64,000 bases of DNA from NCBI RefSeq assembly GCF_037042905.1, contig NC_087250.1, positions 18,726,001 to 18,790,000 on the forward strand. Direction: 5' to 3'. Source of the stretch: Lytechinus pictus. Its lineage: Eukaryota. Position numbers and translations under genes: made by a program. The notes beneath the pieces are model-generated. The model did not search any database. It had not been told where the DNA came from and saw only the letters and a list, made by a program, of their open reading frames with translations. Below are positions 17,834-31,400 of the stretch, piece after piece. Position 1 is the first letter of the stretch; each line of letters begins with the position of its first letter.

Positions 17834-20800
17834 CTGGTGGAAGGGGTTGGAATGGAAAAGACAACGTGTTGAAGATCGACCCAAACGCGTTATTACGAAG
17901 TCGGCAGTAACTACCGCATTGAAATGAATTGCTTAAAATGGGCGTTCACACACACTACATATTATATGTTGGTTTACGGTGGTATTCTCCTGAAGCTTAA
18001 TGCATTCAGAGTACTTTATTCCAGAGCCTGGTAAATTAATTATGGTGTTTACTGCTACGTGAGGCAAGCATAATTCCTAATAATTACATCCTCTGATTGC
18101 ATCCCAACCTCGGGGACCAAACCGCCGTCTAAACGGGCAATATGTGATCGTGTTTAACTCCTTTGTCGCAAGAATGTACAGAGGACATGAAAACCGTATT
18201 AAAAAGCTTTAGGTGAAAAAATACAAATGTATAACTTCTGGTCAGGATATTTCATTTCAACATCATGTTAAATGTGTAACTACAGGGAATATAGGTCTGT
18301 CTCAATTGTCTTTGCATTATTGAGCCGAGGACCGATAGATACACCGTTAAAACGGCAAAAGAATCTATGTCTCGATATATCGATTTTCAAAATAACTTTC
18401 CACAAATTTTGCTAAACAAAATAACCCACTCTGGCGTTTAACATACCAGTGGAAATGCCTTCGATGAATCCTTCGTTTTTGTAAGTCACAGGTTTGGAAA
18501 CTTCTTCAGGTCGATTTCTAAATCAAAGTTAAAAATGTTACACGTAGACTACGAAAAATGACAAAAAATAATAAATGTATTACAAGCAGTCACGGTAAAC
18601 AAAGATGATGATGATGATGATGAAGTGCAACTCAACCCTAAGCCGATGTGAATAAAAGGAGACCGTTAATACGGGCACACGTTTCCAGGAAAAAAAATAT
18701 TATACATGTAGTGCAAATTTCACAAGACGAACATCCTGGCTACATGCAAATAAAAGATATTCCAACTATTTCCTCATTAGAAATTTGAAAAAGTATGGTT
18801 TAACCTAAGAAAAATTACCTTACTGTAAAATACGGTTTTGATGAAATTCCAAATGTTATGTTTCTTTAGCTATCCAGTTTTATTCAAACCAACTCTTGTC
18901 GGAGTGGATTTCCCTCTTCAAAAACGTAATCTGCCGAACAACAATTCCCTCTACTTCTCACGCCACTACTTATACTATCACTGACACTATTATCTACCAC
19001 ACTGTTTAAGGTCTGAATAGGTCATCATAATCATCTAAAGATGAGCCCAATATTCTGTACACAAGAACTCCATCTTATTTCGAGAAGGGGGGGGGGGGGC
19101 ACTGGATATCTTCTTTTCAAGAACCATGATGATGATAGGTGTGTGATGAGGAAGAGAAACCGTCGAGACATATCCAGTTACCTTCTTCTTTTGGTTATTA
19201 TGATCACCAGGCCAGCAATCAACAGAAGGATGATTATTCCACCTATAGAGCCACCAACGGCTGGACCAGTAGAAGAGCCAGAAGGCGGTTCTATTGAAGA
19301 TAAGGGTGTAAAAATTAAAAGATATACATCGTTTCAATGCTCGATTGTTTGTGTTTGATCTTGTTATGGATGCGCCGTGGCTCCATTTCCCCTCGAACTT
19401 TAAGATTTTCATTCCCGCTAGCAAAAACCATGCATGGCCCGAATTCACAAAGGTGGTTTTGAAAACCCACGGTTGAGTCCATAGATTATGCAGATTTCCT
19501 GTATAAATTACGCTTAATTTAGTGCGTATCGGGCGCTTGTATAAAAAAATGTCCAATGCCGATGCGCGTTTTCGTCACAGTGCGCCAAATTGACGCCTGT
19601 TACCCTGGTTAAATACGCTATTTTATTCATGAGTCCACGTTTGAAGAGTGAGCTCTTTTTTTCAAAACAGTAGACTCATGAATAATATAGCGTGGATCAC
19701 CACGGCAACAGGCGTCAATTTGGCGCACTCTCACAAAAGCGCGCATAAGCATTGGGCATTTTTTAATATACGCGGTAAAATAAGCGCAATTTATACAGGA
19801 AATCTGCATAAACCATGGACTCAACCGTGGGTTTTCAAAACCACCTTTGTGAATTCGGGCCATTGAGTTACAAAAAACAAATCCTGTAAAGTGACCAGTC
19901 GTACCCTGCAGTGAAAGTGGATAAAGAAATCGATTAATATTCTCTAGATTCGAATCTTTAAAGTGATTGTTTAACATTGATTTGACTTTAAGAAAATCTG
20001 AGCTAGAAGGTCACACTTGTCAACTCTGTCTGTGATATGTTACAAAAATGAAGCCCAGAAAAAATTACGTTCGAAGATAATTATTAAGTGCTTCAAAAAT
20101 TGAAATATAAAGTGACCGGAAACACCACCTTAATTTCATCCCATACATGTATGTGTACTATTTAGGCGTCTATTAGACGCCTATTTACGAAATCGGGGTT
20201 TGCCTTGTAGATTTAGCTTTTCATTCTCAATAATGGTTGTTTTCAGGGTTTATTAGTTCTAATACATGTATTTATACAAATGTTTAATCTTGGTTTAAGA
20301 ATTTTTTAAATCGGCTGCTCACAAAGTTAAACAATACCTTTAAGTCAAGTGTGTATAGTGGTCGATTGGCCACTTTGTATTTTAACTGCTACATACTAGA
20401 ATGCATGCCATTATACCATGGGAGTACAATAATACCGTTGTCCGATATAGGACTGTTGGCCTTAGAACTTGTCTACATAATAAAATAAGACAATTTATAA
20501 AGTTCAAACAAGTGATTTATTAAAGCAAAAATAAATGAAAACTTTTTGATAATAAAAATAAACAATATAAGACAAACTATCGCTGCCAAAATTTGAACAA
20601 ACCTGACAAACAAGGAGAAAGTAAATATTATTAAATGTTGTAAAAACTGGCAATATAACATTTTTTTTATCAATGGGTGATGTCATAGTGATGTATCTCC
20701 GTGTAGTTAGTGGAATAAAACTCCACTTTGTATAGCACACTTTTCTCATCATGTTTTTTTTAATTAAGGATTACATTCAAAAAATTAATATAAACTCAAG

Positions 20801-22732
20801 GTAAATTACAACAAAATTTACAAATCCCCATTTTATATTCACAAGAGTCTACAATATTCACCAAAATCTGAGGTAGAATAAAATGCCTAAAATAATATAT
20901 ACTAAGAAAACTAAACTGAGCCCGGCACTCGAAGTAAACCTAATTCATGAATGATTTGCAGGAAACAAAAGTCAAAATATTATCATCGCAATCGTAATTT
21001 CATTTTACATCAAGCTCCCACGTACAAAAAACATACATTAGCATATACACCTCCACTCACACATACACATATATAAACAATCATAATTATTTACAAATGT
21101 GCTCAAAGACTTAAGCATTTTATTTCCTGCAACATAAGGAACAGGGGAAAAAATGAAAATTACATTATTATAAGAGGAGGGGAAATCGACAAGAACTCAT
21201 ACAAAAATGCACCCTGCAACACCAAGATTCACTCTCGCACTATGCTAGTCACCGCATACCTGTTCATGTTCAAATCTCTATTCACATTCAGTACATCCCA
21301 TTTCTGTATACTTAACTTGTCTGACTTCGTTGATAGGCGTCTGTGTTCCTTGTTTCATACAACCCGCAATGTATTGCGTTATTTTAGTTGCCTTGCTTCA
21401 ATTTACGGCTGGTACTAAGCCTAAATTGCTTACCTTGACAGCCAATCACAGCTCGCCGTTTAGCGTCCATTGTCTTTTTTGCGGTTCTATTTTATATTGT
21501 TTCGCTATGAAGCTATAGTCATTCATGTGATTTTACTCAGATGACTGCATACCGAAAAGCTTCAGTATGTCCGTTTCTAAGGCTATTTCATAATACATTT
21601 CTGTATTTTGATAAATGAGGTACCCGGCCTTCAGCTCTGAAATTGAATATTGCACGTATTTTATTAATAAAATAACAAAATTAACACATTTATTTCTATT
21701 TGAATTTCCATTTAATTCAAAGGATATACCCCTCCAAGCCGCAGTTCTTAATTCAAATGAACAAAACTAATCAATACAAAATTGCCACAGAGGTTTAACT
21801 TTCAGACAATCCATGAGTAAATTAAAGTACATGTATGATTCGCACAACGTCAAAGACTAAAATGTCATTATCTTTATCATTGACTCACCTTCAATTATCT
21901 CGAGAGTGGTAAAATTCAAAGCAGGACCCTTTCCTCCTTCACCGTTAAGTCCCTCACGAACTGCTGAAATCCGAATCTCATACGACTGACCATCGTCCAG
22001 ACCAGAGATGTTGTACATCAGAATATCTAAATCTCCCTGTCTCTTTTTCCTAGAAGAATCATTTGGTAAGCGATTCACCTGAAGCTGTTTCATCTGCAAT
22101 CCGTCTCGTTCTTTCTTTACCGTTGTAAACACTTCATAGGAAGATTTCATTGATCCTCCATACCCTCGTCTTTTCCTTGAAGGCGCAGATCCTGGCGGTG
22201 ATGATGGAACACCCGAAGCTGTTAAGAAGGTGCTTGTTTCGTTGCCATCTGGGGTAGCAACGTATACCTTGTACCCGATGATAGGACCATCACCAACATC
22301 AACATCAGGGTTCCACGAATCCCAGGCAATGACGACATTTTTAAAACCTAGCTCTGCTATTCGAGGCTGATTTCTGATCATTGGGAGAACTAGTGGAAAG
22401 GTGTGTAAGTTGTATTTGATATAAATCATTTCATAAAGTGAGGAAAGGAAGGATTAACACATATTTTACACACACCCTCCTAGGCCTCCCTCACCCTCAA
22501 CCACTCGGACACACTTCCTGACGAATACCCTCTCACGTTCCTCCTCGCAGGAACACACTCACATTACACATGAAAGGATTGAGGAATGGGAACACGAAAA
22601 TATCTTTTTAACATTATTCATCTCATTTTCTTCGTTTTTGCCCATTCCATATATTCTATTTATTCTGTTAGGTAGCACAAACAAATATAAAAATGCATAT
22701 GTATATTGTATATTTTTACACACACACACACG

Positions 22733-22792
<60 letters not shown>

Positions 22793-23585
22793 AAAGAAAT
22801 GGATGAAGAGAACAAAGGTAGGCGTAGCTTAAATCAAGGTTCCCCAGAGCTATCTACCCTTTGGAAAAATTGGTGATGCCGAAAAAAATGTCTCTGCCGG
22901 GAATCGAACCCGGGCTCCCAGCTTTGAACGCCGGTGCCTTAACCACTAGACCACAGAGACGGGTTAGTGGCTAGGGTGACCCCGATCCGATTGACCGTCA
23001 GATAGACAGATTTTCGACATCATACCAATTATAATTTCCTTTGTCGGGTGAAGGTGGGTTTTGAACAATGACAAGCCGCCATGCCTCAGCTGGATCAAAG
23101 CTATTGCTTCGATACAGTACACGTATGGGAGAAGACATACAAATGTGTAAAGTGATACATGTACAACAGCTTTTGGCAACTCTTTTTTATTTAAATATTG
23201 TAAAGAAATGGATGAAGAGAACAAAGGTAGGCGTAGCTTAAATCAAGGTTCCCCAGAGCTATCTACCCTTTGGAAAAATTGGTGATGCCGAAAAATGTCT
23301 CTGCCGGGAATCGAACCCGGGCTTCCAGCTTTGAACGCCGGAAATTATAATTGGTATGGTGTCGAAAATCTGTCTATCTGACGGTCAATCGGATCGGGGT
23401 CGCCCTAGCCACTAACCCGTCTCTGTGGTCTAGTGGTTAAGGCACCGGCGTTCAAAGCTGGGAGCCCGGGTTCGATTCGCGGCAGAGACATTTTTTCGGC
23501 ATCACCAATTTTTCCAAAGGGTTGATAGCTCTGGGGAACCTTGATTTAAGCTACGCCTACCTTTGTTCTCTTCATTCATTTCTTT

Positions 23586-23623
<38 letters not shown>

Positions 23624-23692
23624 AAAGAAATGGATGAAGAGAACAAAGGTAGGCGTTGCCAAAGTTGCCAAAAGCTGTTGTACATGTAAAAC

Positions 23693-23736
<44 letters not shown>

Positions 23737-25396
23737 CACTGTTGGTCATAAAGGTGGAATATTTTTTTTCACCAAATTTTCACAGCGTAATTATTACAAC
23801 ATGATTTGAATATGGCATCTATGGTGCATGATAACCACTTTACTTTATTATTCTGCCTTTTACACACGTTTGACAGTGATATTTTACAAGTTTATGTCCT
23901 AAGCGATGGATGTCATGAGCATAAAACAACAATGACGACAATATACAGTACATTAAAGGATCATGATGTATTTATTTTTAATCTCTCTCAGTTTTCCAGA
24001 TGACTTCTTTTTTTGTGATTTAATGGACAAATTTGCATCAAACTTGAGACATTGTTCTTACTCAGTCACTAGTATCGGGTATGTCCACCCCTGGCACGAA
24101 CCAGCGCATGCAGACGTCGTGGCATGCTGTCCACTAGCTTGTTGATGACGTCAACAGGCATAGCGTCCCATTCTTCCCTCAGAGCATCTGCCAACTCCTG
24201 CAGATTTTGAGGAATGACCTCTCTGTCGTTGATGGCTCGGCCTAGGGCATCCCATGCATGCTCTATGGGGTTCATATCCGGCGAACAAGCTGGCCATGGC
24301 AACTGTACGACGCCCTCTGCCTCCAGGAATTCCCTTACTGCAGCGGCCCTGTGCGGTCTAGCGTTGTCATCCTGCAGTCGGAAATTGTGCCCATACACTC
24401 GTCTTGCATATGGACGACAGTGGAACTCCAAGATCTCGCTGTATGCAGCGGCGTTGGCGTTTCCGTCCGGAACCACCAGTGGCGTTTTCCCTCCATAATG
24501 GATGCCGGCCCATATCATCACTGAGCCGCCTCCGCCTTGAGTCGTCTCGTGGATACATTCATCGCTGAGGTTTTCCCCGGCTAATCGATGAACACGTTGT
24601 CTCCCATCCTTCCGGTCAAGGATGAATTGGCTCTCGTCCGTGAAGACTACATGTTGCCAATGTCCTGGATGAAGCCTTCTGTGCTCCCTAGCCCAAAGAA
24701 GACGAGCTACTCTGTGGCGAACAGACAGGCGTGGACATTTGGTCAACCCTCGTGCTCGGTAACCATGTTTGAGCAATCTGCGATTAACGGTTGACCGGGA
24801 AACGTTGATTCCATGATATCTCTTCCACAAACGACGAAGACGGCTCTTGGGCAATTTCCGGTTTCTGCGGCTGAAATTCAACAATTGGCGATCATCTCTT
24901 CTTGTGGTCAATCTGGGACGTCCTGGAGATTTCCGTGGCCGCACATTCCCCGCCTCACGTTGACGTTTCAGGATCTTAGAGACTGCACTCTGTGATATCC
25001 CTAGGACTTCTGCGATAACAGTCTGCTTGTAGCCCTCCTGTCGCAGTGCTACCACTCTCTCGCGTGTTGCTGTTGCCGTTGGACTAGGCATAGTCCAGGG
25101 AACGTCTCTACCGATTTTTATTCCAAACGGTACAAGGAACTCGAAAAAATGCAACCTTCTTATACACAGTGCTAAATCAGGGAAAGGGACATATTATCAT
25201 ATGCATAGGCTTTTATAGTCTACAACAAAAGAATTTATTACGTAATCCAAATTTCTCATGATATAATGTCACCTGTGTAATGGGGAAACATTATGTAATC
25301 ACTCAATTACCATTTTGTCTACGTGTAGCCTTTCAAATACCAACAAAACTGTCGATTTTTATTCAAAAATATTTTATTCCACCTTTATGACCAACA

Positions 25397-25463
<67 letters not shown>

Positions 25464-28400
25464 GGTGAAAAAAAGTATTCAATGAAAGACATACCAAATG
25501 TCCCAGACGGTGAGACTCTGGCGTAAGCGAAACCACCGTAACTCGTTGCATACCCCACAAAACAATAAATGGGTTGGGTGTCAATGCCTTCATAGAACAA
25601 GGTAAAGTTTGATTGTATTGAAGGCTGTTCGCCGTCGGCAGTAGTTTGAGCCTCCTGCCCGTTCACCAAACTATTTCTTGAGATGTCTCCAATACTTGCC
25701 CAGATGACGAGGGTGCTGTCCAGTGAATCAGAAGTAAAGGAACAAGAAAAGATCGCGACCCCTGGGTTCGTCTTTTCTCTTGTGACAGTAAAACGATCTA
25801 AGACAAAGTGTTAAGCATTTTGCACATCAATGTTCAATAGAAAATGACAGGGCAAATGCAAACAAAGGGTTTCACAAAAGTGAGAGGGAAGTTAAAGAAT
25901 ATTTTCACCAAGATATTTATATAAACTTTACAAACCCCACATATGCACCAATCCTCGTACCTTCTATTATAGTAATGATAATAAAAACCGCTCAGGTACG
26001 TTATCAGTCATTTTGATTGAATTTCATACATAGCTATCACACAATACATTTATGCATTACAAGGAACGATTTATACTTCTCATACTAACCTTTTTGACAA
26101 TTGTCTCCAATCCAACGTGGATGGCATGATGAAACGTTGCACATCCCGGTCTCTTGGTCGCAATCTGTGTAACCACCAGCACAGTGACATGTTTTCGAGC
26201 AAGACTCAAAACATCCAGAAACTAAAAGTTTTAAATTGGCAGAGAAAATCTTAAGGAGTGCATATGTGGAAGGCGCGCCAATTAAAGGGGGGGGGGGACT
26301 CGCCCTAGTTTTTTCATTTTTTTGCTTTAAAAAAGTTGGACACCCCCAATGTATTAAATCGTTCATTCATCCCAGCTTCAAGGAATAATTTGTTCAATTG
26401 AAACAAATTTTGAAATAGTTTTCCGTCATATATAACACACACATCGTCTGGAGGATCTCAGAAAATCTATGGTATATATGTATAACCAAAGAGCCTTTAA
26501 TACCTTATATTGTTCATCGTTCTGCTCAAGTGCAGACATTTTACACCGATTTTCTCAGCTAGCCCTCTTGAATCGCTTATATATTTTACGTTGTAAAGAA
26601 CACAGACTGTAGATGACATTTTAAACTCAACATCACGCAAATTTGTCATATCGTTGTCACATGCAAATAAGCACTGACTAAAAAGCTGAAAGATCATGTC
26701 TTACAAGTGGAACATCGGTCTGGTGTGTCTGGAGATTGAGCAACATATCCAATCTCACATTGTCCTTGTGTTGACGTACAGAACCCCGACTCCTTCTCAC
26801 ATTCTGAGTGATCCGGGCAGGTACAGAACTCTGTGCAATTAAATCCGGTATATCCAGTAGGGCAGACACTTGGGACTGAAAAAAAAAAACACGGAATTCA
26901 TGATTTTCGACTAAATGCTATTACCATGTCAATGTCGATTGTGACTCAAAATGATTTAGAAACAGATTGCCCCTGAAAGATGCAGAAAAAAAATTAGGAG
27001 TTTATTATTATAACTATACTATTACTACTACCTTGTCAATCTTCTCCAGACCAACCATCTTCACAGCTTAATTCACACCCACATCACATGTGGGTGCGTC
27101 GTGGTCTAGTGGTTATGACTCTCCTTTGAAACAGAGGGTCGTGGGTTCGAATCGTAGCCATGGCGTGTTTTCCTTCAGGAAGAAATTCATCCACACTGTG
27201 CTGCACTCGACCCAGGTGAGGTGGATGGTTACCCGGCAGGAGTAATTCCTTGCATGCACTAAGCGCCGGTGATGGTAGTTCGAGCTAAAGCCGGGGTAAT
27301 AATAGCAGCGCTTTGTATCTTCTGGCAAAAAGCGCTTTATAAATCCAGCTATTATTATCATTATTATCCTCCAGTGAAAGCATCACATGATTTCCCTCCA
27401 GCACAGTGACAATATTGAAGACAATCAACCCCAAACTGTGTGTGAGGGTTGTGTGCGTGTGTAGGAGGTGAGTGGGGGTGGGTGTTTGTGTGCGCAAGGT
27501 GGGGGTAGAGCTAAGAGGAACTATGCATACCTTGGCAACCGTCTCCTGACCAACCATCTTCACAGCTACCTTGACATCCTCCAGTGAATGCATCACATGG
27601 TATCCCTCCAGCACAGTGACAATCTTGAAGGCAGTCAACACCAAACTTTCCTGGAGTACATTCTGATGAAGGGAAATTGATGAAACAAAATAAGATTAGT
27701 TTTATACTACATATCTGCTTCATCAGCATATCTCACTGTATGCAACTTGAAAGCATCCAAGCAATGTTAGGTACTTCCTTACCACACACACGCGCATCCT
27801 CACATAACCACACACACGCGCGCGCACCATCACTCAAACACATATATGTATTAATTATTTTTTTCTTAATCATTATAAGAGTTATTATTAGAATTATTCT
27901 ACCGGACATTTTGAAGGTGTCATGCGATAATGCTATTAGATGAACAATATGTTTTAATGGGTAGGCTAACGGAAATCAATTGATTTTCTTTTCATACGTT
28001 CATCGCAGTATATTCCTGTGTAACCAGAGAGGCAGTTGCATCCATAGGGATCGGGTAGACATATTTGACTCCCACTGCAAGCATCCAGAACATCGCCAGC
28101 ACCACATTCGAGTTCACAATCCCATCCAAAACGATGTTTGCCACATGCTAGTGAATAACAATTGTTCATTAAAAAATAGTCAAACTTTGTTACTACATTC
28201 TTAAGTCGCATTATTTAAACCAATCATATGCCCTATACACTGGATATCTTTATAATTCAAGCTATATTACTTCTGTATGTGTATATACTGCTACCGTCTT
28301 ACAAAGAGATACGATTGATCCAATAAATCGTAACTCTATGGAAATCCATCAGTGTCATAATTTTTTCTACAGGAAATTTGCAAAATGGCCTTTGTAAAAA

Positions 28401-31400
28401 AGGAGAACACATCAAATTGTCAAGAAATCAATGAACTTATGGATATACATTCATATCTAGACATTTTTTTCTTAGCAAACATGCACTTTATATGTTGACT
28501 TTGCTGGCTTTCCATAGTTGCGATCGATCGGATCAATCGCAACTCTTTGTAAGACGGGACCCTGATCTTGCCTGCGTTTGCATAAACCTCCATTGCAGCT
28601 GGAAATCGAATCTGAACAAATATCTGCGATTCATACATCTATGTTTTCGTGGTCACATCGAGTCAAGATGTTGGCCTTTCGCTCTTTTGTTTCCTCCACT
28701 CTCACTGCGCTCCATCCAGTGCACCCTTTCATCCACACTGCACAAAGCCCGGGGGTCCCACGATCAGTGGGTAAGTGCAGTGCGGAGGAAAAGCGTGCAG
28801 TGGATGGAGTGCAGTGAGAGTGGAGGGGAAAATATAGAAGGACCAGCATCCGGATTCCGGACTAGGTAACATCCAGCCTTTACCTGACTGTGTCTTCAGT
28901 TCGGCCGGAGGGGGGGGGGGCAGTCAAATATATTGTGGTACACATGCGTGACCAAAATAACGCTTTTAAAGGGGTGTTTTTTCAGATTTGGACGCGGACC
29001 GCCCGTGCATTCGGTCAGGGTATCAACAACACCAATCCCCCCCAAAAAAAATGGTTGTTTCGAAAGACTCGTCAATGATCAATCGCGGGGTCAAACGTTT
29101 TTAGGGTACGTTTTCCCCCCAAAGTTTTTTTCAAGAATATCCAAACGTGTTTAGGGTATGTTTAGGTCATAAATCAATTATATAAGGATATGACATATAG
29201 CACAAGAAAGGATCACCAGTCGTGCGTAAAGTCATTCGCATCTTACCAACAGTTTTATGAAACACCCACCTGGGCTACCAAGAGGGCTGCTCAGATGGTT
29301 TGACATATTATGTACGTGCAGGAAACACGATGACCGTTCGTATATCATCTTGATTTTATAACAAGTAGCCACACGCACCTGGCACGTTTCGGACATGTAC
29401 AGAAGCTGTCCTTTCGTATTTAACTTGCTCCTGCGTACTCAATGAACAAGTACAGACCTGTGCATATGTCACAAGGATTATCTAATCTTATTCACTGCAG
29501 ATAACACGTTGGAGGAACACAGTGAATTATTATCAAGCCATAGCCTATCCACGAAATTTAGTTCATTTATTCCTCGACCAAAATGGTATATGCAGAAATT
29601 AAGGTCAAGGTTAAAGAAAATCGAACAGAAATACACACCGGTGAGACAATTCTTGCCGCTGAATCCTGGAGGACAGATACACGTTCCTGATTGTGGATGA
29701 CAGATTCCTCCATTGTAACAGTTATCACACAAACGATCACACAACGGTACGTTCCATCGGCTTCGGGGACAATCTTTTAAAAAATTTGATGAGGAAATGC
29801 AGAAAATGGTTTAAATGAAGTCAATGTAACATTCAACAAACTCGAACTGTATACATTTATAAAAAGGTAAATACATTTATAATGTTAGGACATACCAACA
29901 TTTTTACAACGTCTTTATAGACCAATTCAGTTTAGTTGCCGGTTGACGGCTGTAACAGGGTCTCAATAGCGTAAACAACGCATATGTGCGGGCGGCACAG
30001 CTCCAAGTTTTGTAAGTACAAGAGAGGAAGGAGAGCATGAGCTAGATCTTACCACTAACTATGACGCGAATCAAGCTGTAAAGACGGTTATCGACTGTAT
30101 TACTTCTGAATGTTCCATAGATATCTGCATTTCTTTTAGCCGCTGAACGAATAGTATAGGTCAGAGTTCCATCTCCCTCTGGAGACAAAGATCCTTCAGC
30201 AAGGTTTGAGAAGGTGCTCCAACGGATTTCATCCGACGACCCCGATGAATACCTATCAGTGGTAGACACACTTAGCGTAAAGTCATCTCCGGGATAAACT
30301 GTTTTGGTGAGGCGACCGTCACTTGGTTGAAAATGTCCTGGAAATGAATGGGTTAATAATGATGTGATAGCAATTAAATTGATGAGGACAACGAACTTTA
30401 ATTTGATATGCATGATTGGCGCCCAATTTATGTCAAGGAGCCACAGATGTCTGCAAATAGTTTACTGAAAAAAGGTCCATGTGGTCTGGGTTCTTGAAGT
30501 TTCGTACTCCTTGGACACTATTATCATAGAACAGTAATCATGCAAATCGTATACATACGTACTGTCTTGTGAGAGAATCGTTACATCTACAGACGTCGAA
30601 GTACCGGTAATGGTAGATGTACTGGAACACTTATAAACGCCAACGGATTTTGCATCATCAGGGAGGGTCTGTGTAAAACCACCGGTCTGAGATGTGTCCG
30701 TGCCCGGTACGTTTAGTGTGTATCCCTCGGGAGTGAGGCTTGGTCTAATCGCTCTTTCTGCATAAGTTATTGTACTCTGCGGAGTGTGAGATGAGAGTAT
30801 GCAAGAGAAACTTGGACTTGTCCTGGTACTCCCGAAAGGGGATGGAGTCATGGCAAGTAGATGAAGAGGTGTGACTTTAAAGAATAAGAATGAGAAAAAA
30901 ATGGACAGTAAATATTTGGTTCAATTTCATTTCAGTTTATTTCTGGTTCCCGTCATACAAGGAGTTGCGATTGATGCGATCAACCTCAATTGTATGGAAA
31001 TCCATCAATGTCGTATTTTCAAGGTTTTTAAGAAAGAAATTACATATCTAGAAATTATTTTGAATGAACATGCATTTTTTATACATGACGGTGCTGGATT
31101 TCCATATTTGCAGTTGATCAGATCGATCGGAATTCTTTATAAAAACAGGTCCCCGCTGAGCGTTTCAACATCATCCAGTAGCAATTGGCATGTTTGGTAT
31201 CTGATAATGATGCATGGTTTCTAGAGGCGAAGGGTGTAGTAGTTACTATGGTAACGACGCGCGAACAATCGACGAGATGAGCGTAGGCGTCATAAATGGA
31301 CAATTCTATATGTAGTCGCTTTTGTACTTGAGGTTGAATTTCTGAAAAACTCCCAGTTCCCGAGTAAAATGAAGTGTCCGATTAATCAAGTACCTGAGAC

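Larger units (their letters stand above)
22789..23700. mobile_element. Tandem plus inverted 409-bp repeat in a (CA)n(TA)n tract; resembles Penelope-like pseudo-LTR architecture
   Basis: Full unit 22789-23197, direct partial copy 23198-23340, inverted copy 23341-23589, (TA)n, then a further head plus inverted fragment 23620-23700. Confidence 0.6.

Noticed and set aside
18890..19012. Open stretch TLNSVVDNSV...NPLRQE after a cag, just downstream of the TM exon
   Set aside because: A phase 0 start is incompatible with the phase 2 TM donor; the exon at 18447-18517 fits instead.
19035..19556. 173-aa minus-strand ORF
   Set aside because: It starts in a MITE and crosses the real TM exon in a different frame.
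22889..22960. Calling the UCA tRNA a selenocysteine tRNA
   Set aside because: It has a 4-nt variable loop and a 7/5 fold, not the long variable arm and 9/4 fold of tRNA-Sec.
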